From a virus (lineage: Duplodnaviria; Caudoviricetes): DNA of 56,916 nucleotides. Both the position numbers and the translations under genes were made by a program. Position 1 is the stretch's first letter, and every line of letters begins with the position of its first letter. The stretch is from positions 1-56,916 of IMG/VR virus record IMGVR_UViG_3300037458_001688. One strand, written 5' to 3'. Below, piece by piece: positions 16,462 to 25,157 of the stretch. The notes under the pieces were generated by a model. That model worked only from the letters and a program-made list of their open reading frames with translations. It was not told where the DNA came from and ran no database searches.

Positions 16462-17498
16462 CACACCTCCCGGAGACGGTCGCGCTTGGCGTAGAGGCGT
16501 GGCAGGCGCCCCTCCCAATCATTGATCAGGAGCTGCTTGACCTGCCAGCGACACGTGAGCTCGTCGTCGCCTTGCTTGGCAAAGCGCCGCGCGAACCGCT
16601 GCAGCTTCTCGGTGGGCGTGGTCTGGAGCATGTGGTCCCGGTACTCTCGCCAGGATCCAAACCGGCTTGGGAGGACGTCGGCGGAGTACAGCGACCGCTC
16701 CGCGCCGTAGAGTGCTGCGGCGTGAACCCCTCCGAGGCGCCGGACCAGACGGTCGTAGGTCTCAGGTTCAAACTCTTGGAGGCTAGTGAGGCACCGGAAG
16801 GCGTGCTCGTGGATGAGGTTCGAGACGCGCATGGAGGAGATGTTTTGTCCGGACCTCGCAAACATCAGGTCGTATAGCCTGTTGTAACGCACACCCGAGT
16901 CCGCAATGAACTTCCAGACGTCTCGAAAGTGCCAGTCGTAGATCGGGTAGAAGCGATAGCTACCGGGTGAGCGGCAGGCGGTCGACCATGCATAGTGCTC
17001 GTAGCCGTTGGCCTTGCGCGTTGCCCGGTGACGATTCAGGCTTTCGAACTGCCGCAGCCCGACCAGGTGCGCGGTGGGCACCTCGTCCTGTGCCTCGAAC
17101 CAGGCGAAGAAGTCGTAGAACCGCTGAGGGTATGGCCCGTCAACTGAGTGAATCGAGACCTCACTCTTGGGTCTCACCCACTCCTCCCCATCGCCCCAGG
17201 CACGCAGAAACAGGTCGCGGTGGCTCGTGGCGTTCGTCATGTCGATCGGCACCTGGTACCACCGCGGGATGACCAGAGGGTGCCGCATCATTTCTTCCAT
17301 CAGGTCGACCGTCGATTGGTACTCTGCTTCCTGGTCGAGAAAGAACGCCTCCATCCTTCGCCCGCAGCGCTCAGCCTCTCGCAGCGCCAGATGATAGAGG
17401 CAGGTGGAGTCCTTCCCTCCCGAAATGCTGATGACGATGCGCTCGAAACGCGAGAATATGAATGCCACTCGTCGGACGGCAGCCTCGTAGACGTTCAT
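16446..17498 (-). CDS. ibrA: IbrA-like PAPS reductase/DUF3440 family protein
   Basis: NVYEAAVRR, SISGGKDS, FLDQEAEY, GLRQFESLNR, YPIYDW...DVW, YNRLYDLM, MRVS. Confidence 0.85.
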   Translation of the reverse strand: MNVYEAAVRRVAFIFSRFERIVISISGGKDSTCLYHLALREAERCGRRMEAFFLDQEAEYQSTVDLMEEMMRHPLVIPRWYQVPIDMTNATSHRDLFLRAWGDGEEWVRPKSEVSIHSVDGPYPQRFYDFFAWFEAQDEVPTAHLVGLRQFESLNRHRATRKANGYEHYAWSTACRSPGSYRFYPIYDWHFRDVWKFIADSGVRYNRLYDLMFARSGQNISSMRVSNLIHEHAFRCLTSLQEFEPETYDRLVRRLGGVHAAALYGAERSLYSADVLPSRFGSWREYRDHMLQTTPTEKLQRFARRFAKQGDDELTCRWQVKQLLINDWEGRLPRLYAKRDRLREVWWKLL

Positions 17499-18274
17499 CG
17501 GCGCGCCTGAAAGTGTTCGGCGATGAAGTTGGTGAGGTCGATGCGCTCCCTGATGCCCCGCGTCAAAAACTGGTCTACCCCAAGGTCGGTCGCTACGACG
17601 TGAACCGACCTGGACTTGAAGAGGTCGCGGGTGCTGGGAACGGACCGCTCCGGGAGTGCCTCGTCGGCAAAGCGCGCTAGCCGGGAGATGATCTTGGTGG
17701 CCGTCGTCTCCTGCGCGAAAGCGGCCGCCTTCTCCGCCTGATAGCGTGCGTGATCGTCCGGATCTACCTGCACGACCCGAATCGTCACCGTCTCGAAGTG
17801 GAAGGGGCGCTCCGCAATGACCACGCCGTCACCGTACCGCACGATCTCCTCTGGGGTGCAAGGGTTCGGTCCGGCGCCCTCGACGTAGCGGTTCCACCGG
17901 CCCTCGAGCGCGTAGCTCACGTCGTGCCCGCCGAACCACACTCCCACACAGCCAAAGTGCCACCAGAGTCGCCAAGGATCCGCGGTGAACAGCCGGTCGT
18001 CAATCGAGATCCGTTCCACCCCAGGCAGGGGATCTGTGAGCAGCTTCCCCGTCCGCACCCGATTTCCTGGCGTCGTGATCTCGGAGACCAGTCCGACCAC
18101 GACCATCGTCCTGATACCTCGCATGAGCTCACCCGGCCGGTCGAGTAGCTCGGTGACGGTCACACACCGCGAAGCCAGAGGGCGTCGGCCACGGTTGCCG
18201 TACACCCACAGGGCCACCTCGCCACGGGGCGCGTCGACGGCGTCAAGATTGGTGGTGAGGTGGATCCGGCTCAT
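17495..18274 (-). CDS. hypothetical protein between ibrB and ibrA
   Basis: Coupled ORF of about 260 aa. Confidence 0.65.
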   Translation of the reverse strand: MSRIHLTTNLDAVDAPRGEVALWVYGNRGRRPLASRCVTVTELLDRPGELMRGIRTMVVVGLVSEITTPGNRVRTGKLLTDPLPGVERISIDDRLFTADPWRLWWHFGCVGVWFGGHDVSYALEGRWNRYVEGAGPNPCTPEEIVRYGDGVVIAERPFHFETVTIRVVQVDPDDHARYQAEKAAAFAQETTATKIISRLARFADEALPERSVPSTRDLFKSRSVHVVATDLGVDQFLTRGIRERIDLTNFIAEHFQARR

Positions 18275-18893
18275 CACTCCTCCCGTAGGATTCTGAGTAG
18301 GTCTCCGCCGCTAGCAGCCGGGCGGCACCCACGATCTGCTTGAGTCGCAGAAGCTCCTCTGGCGACATGCCGAGCGCAGTCCCCATCCGCTCGTCATCCC
18401 ATCCTAGCTCGACCATGTCCCTGACGAGGGCCGCCATCAGCTCCACCTGATGTTTCCCGCGGGCACGGTTGTGCCGCACCGTCGAGGCCATGCGGTCGGC
18501 CAGGTCGCGGGTGATCTCGGTGCACGGCAGGTACGCGCAGCCGAGGCGCCCAGCCGCGACCTCCCGGCGGTGGAACCCGTCGACCACCACCCACCGCCCC
18601 CGCGCTCGGTCTGGCATGACGACGATCGCCATCGTGATACCGTCGGCCCGGATTGACTCCTCGAGCAGGTCGAGCTCTACCGACGCAACTCGGTTCGGGT
18701 TGTAGTCGTTGCCGACCACAGCCTCCGCGGGGATCAGTTGGGGGCGGAGCGCGGGGTCCTTGGAGATGTCGGCAACCATCTCGGCGAGGGTCCGGACCGC
18801 GGTGTTGTAAATTCCGATCCGCTCCCGCTCGGGGTAGTCGGAGCACGATTCGACCACGTTGTGGATCACCCACGTTGGGTTGGGCTCGCTCAC
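18243..18893 (-). CDS. ibrB: IbrB-like ParB/Srx domain protein
   Basis: NDYNPNRVA..ELDLLEESIRADG, VVDGFHR, RMASTVRHNRARGKH. Confidence 0.88.
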   Translation of the reverse strand: MSEPNPTWVIHNVVESCSDYPERERIGIYNTAVRTLAEMVADISKDPALRPQLIPAEAVVGNDYNPNRVASVELDLLEESIRADGITMAIVVMPDRARGRWVVVDGFHRREVAAGRLGCAYLPCTEITRDLADRMASTVRHNRARGKHQVELMAALVRDMVELGWDDERMGTALGMSPEELLRLKQIVGAARLLAAETYSESYGRSDEPDPPHHQS

Positions 18894-18997
18894 CGCTGGT
18901 CCTCCACGTAGCCGTGCCGAAGCAGCCGGCGGATCGCGTACTCGAGGTGTTGGACGAGCCCGCTCTGATGCCGGAAGACGCGGAAGGTGGGGCTCAC
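18890..18997 (-). CDS. 35-aa coupled ORF
   Basis: GTGA overlaps with both csf2 and ibrB. Confidence 0.35.
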   Translation of the reverse strand: MSPTFRVFRHQSGLVQHLEYAIRRLLRHGYVEDQR

Positions 18998-19857
18998 GTG
19001 ACCTCCCCGGTCAACACCTGGCGGATCTCGTCGGCGTGGCCTTCGACGTGCGCCATGTAGGCGTCCGCTGCGGCACGGGCCGACTCGGCCAGCAGCCTCC
19101 TGCCGTCGATCGGCTCCGTCGAGTACCACCCGTCGTACCAGAGGTGTGCGTGGCCGTGGCCCTTGCTCGCCTGCCCGCCGATGAATGGCCGCTGAGCGAA
19201 CCGCGCCAGCGCGACCGCAAGCGCCCCCATCTCGAGGTCAGACGCCCGGTCGAGCAGCAGGTAAGTGTAGAGCCGAGCCCCGGCAGCGAGCAGCTCCACG
19301 GTGTACCGCATCTGCTGCGTGTCGGTCCCCCGCTCCCCGTCGAGGTGGTCCGCCCGGTGCGCATGCTTGCGGTCGTCAGTCCGGGTGAAGCTCTTCTCTG
19401 TGGTCAGTAGCCGGTACTCCTGCAGCTCCTCGGGGTGGAACTGTACCGGCACCAGGTGGGCGGTCTCCCGGCAGATCGGGTAGCTGTTGCCCACGATCAG
19501 CCGCCCGGGCAGCATCTGGTTGCCAACGCCACCACCGAGCAAGGACACCGCCGGCAACAGCTCCCGGATCCGGCGAGCCTGTGCGAGGTCGACGCTCACC
19601 GAGTCGCCAATCGAGCCCCCGGAGAAAAGCAGGTGGAAGGCCGGCAGCGGCAGCCGGATGCCGAGCCGCTCGCACAGGTCCATCGCGAGCAGGTCCCGCA
19701 GCTGCCCCCGCCATGCGTTGCCGTTGTAGACGAAGACCGACTCCACCCGGCCGGACGGCTGTACCACCGGCTCCTCGTTCAGGTAGCTGTCAGTCGAGAT
19801 GCTCTCCCCGATGTGGGACAGGGGGGAGAGCAACGTGAACGTGCCCTCGAGCCTCAC
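18994..19857 (-). CDS. csf2: type IV CRISPR Cas7-like backbone Csf2
   Basis: TLLSPLSHIG, NGNAWRGQLRD, LFSGG, SLLGG, FTRTDD, QMRYTVELL, Gly-loop IGGQASKGHG. Confidence 0.9.
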   Translation of the reverse strand: MRLEGTFTLLSPLSHIGESISTDSYLNEEPVVQPSGRVESVFVYNGNAWRGQLRDLLAMDLCERLGIRLPLPAFHLLFSGGSIGDSVSVDLAQARRIRELLPAVSLLGGGVGNQMLPGRLIVGNSYPICRETAHLVPVQFHPEELQEYRLLTTEKSFTRTDDRKHAHRADHLDGERGTDTQQMRYTVELLAAGARLYTYLLLDRASDLEMGALAVALARFAQRPFIGGQASKGHGHAHLWYDGWYSTEPIDGRRLLAESARAAADAYMAHVEGHADEIRQVLTGEVT

Positions 19858-20273
19858 GCCGCACCTCCGTTGTTAACCGCCTTCTCCCGCTCCAGTCGCT
19901 CCCGCTCCAGTCGCTCCCGTACCAGCGCCACCACGAGCCCGGTCTCCCGGTGGAGGCGTCGGAGGATCTCACCGGCGAGCACCGGCTCCCGCTCCCCCAG
20001 CACGCCGACGAGGAACTGCCGGCTGTCTCCGCTGCTCCCCTCCAGGTCGCAGTGCTGGGGCTTCAGCGTCCTGCACTCAACCCGCCGCTTCAGCCGGTCG
20101 ACGAACTCCGCCGGCGAGCATGCCCTCTTCGCCGCCGACCTGGTCCACCGCTCGACCTGCGCCCAGATGTCGGGCGTGATCTTGAGCTTGCCCGGCTCCC
20201 GGCTGCACCACGTCACGTACACCAGTGCCGCGGCCGCAGCGGCCGGCCCGTCGTCAGTCGCAAACCCCAGCAT
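19854..20273 (-). CDS. cas11: type IV-B small subunit, Cas11 (Csf4)
   Basis: 139-aa helical protein between csf1 and csf2; RSAAKRA...EFVDRL and VVALVRERLE. Confidence 0.65.
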   Translation of the reverse strand: MLGFATDDGPAAAAAALVYVTWCSREPGKLKITPDIWAQVERWTRSAAKRACSPAEFVDRLKRRVECRTLKPQHCDLEGSSGDSRQFLVGVLGEREPVLAGEILRRLHRETGLVVALVRERLERERLEREKAVNNGGAA

Positions 20274-21003
20274 CCCTCCCCCTTTCCGGCCCGTGGGCCA
20301 CTCGCAGCGCCAGCTCCAGATGTAGCGGCCGCAGCCGTCGCGCCTCGATGATCCTCCGCTCGAGCGCCGCGTACCGCTCGAGGCCGAAGGAGAGCACACG
20401 CCGGCTGTTGACACGGCCCGAGCGCAGCTCCTCGCGCCGGAACCCCGCCGCCAGCAGCGTCTCGATCGTGCCGAGCAGCTCCCGGAGGACCTCCCTCTCC
20501 ACCATCACCTGCTCCTCCTCGTACTGGAGGGGAAACACCTCGCGACCACGCGCGACCGTCCCCCGGAAGATGAGGTGCTTCTGCCCGCTCGTGGGCAGGC
20601 AGAGGAGGAACGGCGGCTCCGGTGGGTCGAGCAGTATCCCGCGCCACTCCGCCCGGCTGGGGTGGCAGAGGTGGGGCGGGCTGACCGTGAACACGTGCCC
20701 CTGGTTGCGCCAGTAGTGGCGGGCCTCTGGGTGGCTCATCAAGAAGACCGCGCAGGGCAGGCAGAGCCACTCCGACCGCGGCGCCTTCGCCCAGCCGTGG
20801 TTGGTGAAGCCCTCGTTCAGCCGCAGCCGGCGGGGTATCATCTCATGGTGGGTCCACCCGCACAGCCAGCACATCTCCCAGAAAGGGGACGCCTGAACTT
20901 GGTCGAGCAGCTCCGCGTAGTGCAGGTGCTGCCGCCACCCCGGGCACGCACGCTCCCAGCAGGAGAACGCGAAGTGGGTCGGGCTCGCAGTCAGGCAGTG
21001 CAA
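20254..21003 (-). CDS. csf1: type IV large subunit Csf1 (Cas8-like)
   Basis: TTG after GGAGG; CWLCG...FTN...LCLPC zinc finger; LLDPPEPPF and SGQKH. Confidence 0.82.
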   Translation of the reverse strand: MHCLTASPTHFAFSCWERACPGWRQHLHYAELLDQVQASPFWEMCWLCGWTHHEMIPRRLRLNEGFTNHGWAKAPRSEWLCLPCAVFLMSHPEARHYWRNQGHVFTVSPPHLCHPSRAEWRGILLDPPEPPFLLCLPTSGQKHLIFRGTVARGREVFPLQYEEEQVMVEREVLRELLGTIETLLAAGFRREELRSGRVNSRRVLSFGLERYAALERRIIEARRLRPLHLELALRVAHGPERGRDAGVCD

Positions 21004-21218
21004 GATCGCCTCCGGAACACCCGGGGCGGGCGCCCGACCCCGGAGGCCTTGCAGTCGCTCTCGAGGGCATCCTCGGCCTCGAGCGCGCGGAGGATGCGCC
21101 ACGCCTGGCTACGGTCGATCCCGAGGGCTGCGGCCAGCTGCACCGGCGTGACACCGCCGTCTCGCCCCGCCATCTCGAGTGCCTTGAGCATGTCTGAGGG
21201 CTTCATGGCAACCATCAT
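20991..21218 (-). CDS. winged-HTH regulator heading the type IV operon
   Basis: VTPVQLAAALGIDRSQAWRILRALE...GRP; preceded by TTGTTT-17 nt-CATACT. Confidence 0.7.
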   Translation of the reverse strand: MMVAMKPSDMLKALEMAGRDGGVTPVQLAAALGIDRSQAWRILRALEAEDALESDCKASGVGRPPRVFRRRSCTA

Positions 21219-21334
21219 AGGGAGTATGGTGCCTGCCGCGCAACCAAACAAGGGCCGATTGTGAGCTACGTCACCGTTCGGGCCCTTTATATATTGACCT
21301 ACGCGCACTATATTACACACAGGAGGATGCGACG

Positions 21335-21553
21335 ATGACAGCAGCAGAGCTTAGGACGGCCGCGGAGGATGTGGTGAGAGAAGAGATCGACGCTCGTGGA
21401 GCGCGGCGGGCGGCCTGTGGGGTGAGCTTCACCGCCGACGTCGCCGTGCTCCTCGGTGACGTACAGGCCGATGTGACCTACAACGCCGCCGCGTGGCTCG
21501 AGGGTCGCCTTGAGGCCGATGCGATGGCCTACCCGGTCGTGGAGATCGCCTGA
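21335..21553 (+). CDS. hypothetical protein
   Basis: AGGAGG RBS after an AT-rich promoter-like region. Confidence 0.55.
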   Translation: MTAAELRTAAEDVVREEIDARGARRAACGVSFTADVAVLLGDVQADVTYNAAAWLEGRLEADAMAYPVVEIA

Positions 21554-21615
21554 CCCGCCGGTGGTGGAGCCGGCACCGACGTGGGCCGGGGCGGTAGCCC
21601 CGAGGGAGGTTACGA

Positions 21616-21903
21616 ATGGCACGGCACCGCATGACCTTTTCCGCCTGGGGCATCCCCCGCCGCCTCCGCGATCTCATCACGGGGACCTGCTACCGCCACG
21701 ACGACGAGAGCGCGATCGGCGCAGTCTGCCGGCATCTCGAGCGGCAAACTCGCTTGTCGGTCGTGGCATGTCGTCTCGACAATCACCGCCGCGACCGTGG
21801 GGTGGTGATTGGCGCACAGTATGAGATCACTCTCGGACGTGGCCTCGACCCGCGCTACGGCGGGGGATATTCCGTCGATGGGCGGGTGTGGGTCGAGATC
21901 TAG
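21616..21903 (+). CDS. hypothetical protein
   Basis: GGAGGT RBS. Confidence 0.55.
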   Translation: MARHRMTFSAWGIPRRLRDLITGTCYRHDDESAIGAVCRHLERQTRLSVVACRLDNHRRDRGVVIGAQYEITLGRGLDPRYGGGYSVDGRVWVEI

Positions 21904-22077
21904 CGACCACCCGCCGGATGACCGCGGCCGGGAACGGCCTCCCGAGCATCGGCGAAGAGGTCATCATCGAGGGCAAGGTGCTCCTGCGAGCGGGCGCAGC
22001 GGGAGAGGCAGAGAGGAGAGATGACGACGGCAAATCGGCCCTTGTCTGAAGGTCTCGTCGGCTCCACACTTGGAGCC

Positions 22078-23370
22078 ATGGCCAAGAAGCGAGCGCCGGG
22101 CGAAGGGTCGATCCACCAGCGGAGGGACGGCCGGTGGGAGGCCTCGCGCACCGTCGGCCGCACCAAGGGCGGCAACCCCCGCCGGGTCCGCGCCTACGGC
22201 CGAACCAAGGGCGAGGCGATCGCCAAGCTGGACAAGGCCCTCACCGAGCTCGGCGGCGTGGTGGGAGCCGGCATTGCAGTGGACCCCGGCACCCTCACCG
22301 TGGCCGGCCTGCTCGAGCGGTGGCTCCGGATGAAGGCCGGTGTCGGCGGGCTGAAGGAGACCACCATCACCAGCTACCGGTGGTACCTCAACCACTACGT
22401 CGTGCCGGCGATCGGCGCCGTCCCCCTGCGCCGCCTGCGGTCGACCCACGTCCAGGAGCTGCTCTCGAACCTCGCCGCCGGCATCCGGCCGGAGCCCCCC
22501 GACCAGGTCGATGGGGAGGAGTCACCGGCGAAGGAGACGGCCCCGCTCTCCCCCCGGGTCATCCGGTACGTCTGGACCCTCCTCAACGGCGCGTGCCGTC
22601 ACGCGGTCCGGCTCGAGCTGCTGCGCTCGAACCCGTGCGACCAGGTCAGCCCGCCCCGAGGTGGGCGCACCAAGGTCCCGCAGTCGTGGACCCCGGACGA
22701 GGTGGAGCGTCTCCTCGCGGCAGCCGCGGCCACGTCGCCCGCCCTGCGCCCGCTCTACTACCTGGCCGTCACCACCGGCTTGCGCCGCGGCGAGCTGCTC
22801 GCCCTGCGGTGGGAGGACCTCGACCTGGTCGAGGGCCTGGTGACGGTGCGCAGCTCCCGGGACGCCGCCGGCGTCACTACCACCCCGAAGACGGCCGCGG
22901 GCGTGCGGCAGGTCCCGATCTCCACCGATGCGGTGACCGTGCTCGAGGACCACCTCCAGGCGCAGCACGAGCGGCGCGAGCTCGCCATCGAGGCGGGGCT
23001 CTGGCAGGAGACCGGGTACGTGTTCACCACCTCCACCGGCCGCCCGGTCGCCGCCCGCAACCTCCTCCACAATCTCGAGCGCCTCTGCCGCCGGGCTGCG
23101 ATCCGCCGTCTCCCCTTCCACGCCCTACGTCACACCGCGGCCACCCTGGCCCTGCGCAGCGGCGTCCCCATCCGCGACCTGGCGGACCGCCTCGGCCACC
23201 GCCACGCCGCCTTCACCCTGAACGTCTACACCCACGTCCTGCAGGAGTCCGCCCGCGCCGCGGCCCTCACGCTCGAGGAGCTGCTGCAGGGCAAGAAAGC
23301 GGAGCCGGCCGAGCTCAAGGCCGAGCATCAGGATGGACAGGCGGCTCCCACAGAAGGGCAGGTCAACTGA
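22078..23370 (+). CDS. int: tyrosine integrase
   Basis: GEGSIHQRRDGRW arm-binding domain; TGLRRGEL, TPKT, FHALRHT, RLGH, and catalytic Tyr in NVYTH. Confidence 0.95.
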   Translation: MAKKRAPGEGSIHQRRDGRWEASRTVGRTKGGNPRRVRAYGRTKGEAIAKLDKALTELGGVVGAGIAVDPGTLTVAGLLERWLRMKAGVGGLKETTITSYRWYLNHYVVPAIGAVPLRRLRSTHVQELLSNLAAGIRPEPPDQVDGEESPAKETAPLSPRVIRYVWTLLNGACRHAVRLELLRSNPCDQVSPPRGGRTKVPQSWTPDEVERLLAAAAATSPALRPLYYLAVTTGLRRGELLALRWEDLDLVEGLVTVRSSRDAAGVTTTPKTAAGVRQVPISTDAVTVLEDHLQAQHERRELAIEAGLWQETGYVFTTSTGRPVAARNLLHNLERLCRRAAIRRLPFHALRHTAATLALRSGVPIRDLADRLGHRHAAFTLNVYTHVLQESARAAALTLEELLQGKKAEPAELKAEHQDGQAAPTEGQVN

Positions 23371-23720
23371 TGACCCAGGTGAAAACTGCACAACTCGAGA
23401 CAGCCGAAGAGTTTCTACAGGGGTACGCGGCACGCGCGCGGATGACAGTGGACCAGGTCCTCTTCGAGCGGAAGATCGTCCCCTGCGATCCAGCGACCTG
23501 CGGTTACGAGGGTTGCACCGGGTGGCGTGCAGAGCTGATCGTCGTCGACGTCACCACGGTGGATGAGCCTCAGGTGCCGTGCGAGCGGTGCGGGGCACCC
23601 TCTCACTGGGTGTTCGTACCCGTCGATGCCGGCAGCCCGAGGATCCGCGCGTGCTCGAAAGGGTGCGCCGAGATTGTCCTCTACAAGACTTCTCGCGCCA
23701 GCCGGCCGGCGAGCCGGTGA
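23370..23720 (+). CDS. Cys-rich hypothetical protein
   Basis: TGATG coupling with int. Confidence 0.5.
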   Translation: MTQVKTAQLETAEEFLQGYAARARMTVDQVLFERKIVPCDPATCGYEGCTGWRAELIVVDVTTVDEPQVPCERCGAPSHWVFVPVDAGSPRIRACSKGCAEIVLYKTSRASRPASR

Positions 23721-23835
23721 ACTGAGGACGGACCATACAACACCGCGTGATCAGTCCTAGTACGGTCCTAACTACGTCTGGTGTTACCTTGGTATCGTGG
23801 CGAATCTGATACAACGCCACAGAAGGGATAGACCG

Positions 23836-24051
23836 ATGACCATTCAGCCAGCTACCCTCCTGCCAGAGCGACTCGCCTATCGCGTGACCGAGGCCGGAGA
23901 CCTCGTCGGCGTCTCCAGGACCACGGCCTACCAGCTGGTGGCCTCCGGCGACTGGCCCACGATTCGGATCGGTCGCGCGGTCCGTGTCACCGCCGACGGC
24001 CTGCGCGAGTGGGTCCGGCGGAACGCGCTGCGGGCGGCCGCGAGCCGGTGA
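23836..24051 (+). CDS. xis: excisionase-family HTH protein
   Basis: LAYRVTEAGDLVGVSRTTAYQLVASGDWPTIRIGRAVRV. Confidence 0.8.
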   Translation: MTIQPATLLPERLAYRVTEAGDLVGVSRTTAYQLVASGDWPTIRIGRAVRVTADGLREWVRRNALRAAASR

Positions 24052-24067
24052 AGTCAGGTGGCTGGTG

Positions 24068-24595
24068 ATGATCTTCCTCATGGGTGACACCTTGGAGAAT
24101 GCGCGGTTGACGGCAGACGACTGCGGCTTCTGCTGGAAGGCAAGGGACGAATACGTCTACTACTGGGATGTCACCCATGGGGAGGAACTAAAACTTGTCG
24201 GCAGACCTCATGAGCTCGTCGGCATCGGTTACCACGTAATGGCGGGCTACGGCTTTTGGGAGAGACGAGACCTCTCTGAGGTTCTTGATCATCTCCGACT
24301 ATCAGGCGGGACGCTTATCGACCATACCGGGAAGACACCGACCTGGTGGGCTCTGGATCGTCGAGTGCTCGCTGATTACCTGGACGGGATTGCTGCAGCT
24401 CAGTTTGTCGGACGGGCGTCATCTACTCTCGCGAGGTGGCGTAGGAACGGGACTGGCCCGCGGGCTACCCGCTTCGCCCGCAATGTCTTTTACCGTAAGC
24501 TCGATCTCTACATCTGGCTCGAATCCCGTCGGCAGCTTCTGCCGTCAGTATGCCGCAAACGACGAAAAACCCCCACCGAAGTTGGGGCTAAGTAA
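24068..24595 (+). CDS. protein with a C-terminal AlpA/excisionase-like HTH
   Basis: AAAQFVGRASSTLARWRRNGTGP...VFYRKLDLYIWL. Confidence 0.65.
   Translation: MIFLMGDTLENARLTADDCGFCWKARDEYVYYWDVTHGEELKLVGRPHELVGIGYHVMAGYGFWERRDLSEVLDHLRLSGGTLIDHTGKTPTWWALDRRVLADYLDGIAAAQFVGRASSTLARWRRNGTGPRATRFARNVFYRKLDLYIWLESRRQLLPSVCRKRRKTPTEVGAK
24565..24587 (-). terminator. intrinsic terminator downstream of the tRNA fragment
   Basis: CCCCAAC-TTCG-GTGGGGG followed by TTTTT on the minus strand. Confidence 0.6.
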
Positions 24596-24597
24596 CA

Positions 24598-24641
24598 TGC
24601 GCCCGGCGAGATTCGAACTCACGACCTTCAGATCCGGAGTC
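24598..24641 (-). mobile_element. attP core: 3' half of tRNA-Arg(CCG)
   Basis: Minus strand GACT-CCG-GATCTGAAGGTCGTGAGTTCGAATCTCGCCGGGCGCA gives anticodon loop, T-arm and acceptor 3' strand; 5' half absent. Confidence 0.85.
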
Positions 24642-24851
24642 CGGCGCGGCTCGTCGTGCGGTGTGGTGCGTCGTCGTAACTCATTGCCGCTGCTGAGCTG
24701 CTCGCGTGCCTCCCGCGCGTCTCGTCATGGGTCGCCGCGCCGGCACTGCCGTCAGTATGCCGCAGACACAACAAGGCCCCCGGGGTTGCGAGCCCCGGGG
24801 GTAACGGAAAGGGAGGGTGTGCGTCCGCCTTTGACCCGGCGGCTGGGTGTC

Positions 24852-24896
24852 GTCAGTGCTGGTCAGTGCTGGTCAGTGCTGGTCAGTGCTGGTCAG
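24852..24896. repeat. 10-bp tandem repeat (gtcagtgctg) x4.5
   Basis: Directly visible in the sequence. Confidence 0.9.
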
Positions 24897-25157
24897 GAGG
24901 GTCCAGACCTCGACTGTGTAGCGGTCCACCAGCTCGGTCAGGCGGGCCTGCCAGTCGAGGCCGTGGCCCGGGTGCCCCACGTGGGCAATCTCGTGGAGGA
25001 CAATACCCGGCCCCGCGTCGAGGGGGAGGACGATCTCCTGGTGAGGGTAGTTGCAGCACCCCTGCCCGCGGACAACGCCCTGAACGACGACGTGCCAGCC
25101 GTCGAGGCCCTCGGCCGCCAGAATCTCCCGGGCCCACTCAGCCAGGTGGTGGCTCAT
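24873..25157 (-). CDS. small HExxH zincin-like protein
   Basis: IVLHEIAH...GHGLDW. Confidence 0.6.
   Translation of the reverse strand: MSHHLAEWAREILAAEGLDGWHVVVQGVVRGQGCCNYPHQEIVLPLDAGPGIVLHEIAHVGHPGHGLDWQARLTELVDRYTVEVWTLLTSTDQH

Larger units (their letters stand above)
24539..24764. repeat. 19-bp direct repeats flanking the attP core (candidate arm-type integrase sites)
   Basis: ctgccgtcagtatgccgca at 24539-24557 and 24746-24764. Confidence 0.7.

Noticed and set aside
13500-22050. CRISPR array for the type IV system
   Set aside because: No 25-40-bp repeats with unique spacers were seen here or elsewhere in the window
24598-24660. Complete tRNA gene
   Set aside because: The 5' acceptor strand and D-arm are missing and the anticodon stem is incomplete; only the 3' half is present, consistent with attP
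24852-24896. Guide array or mini-CRISPR
   Set aside because: Perfect tandem copies with no variable spacer positions
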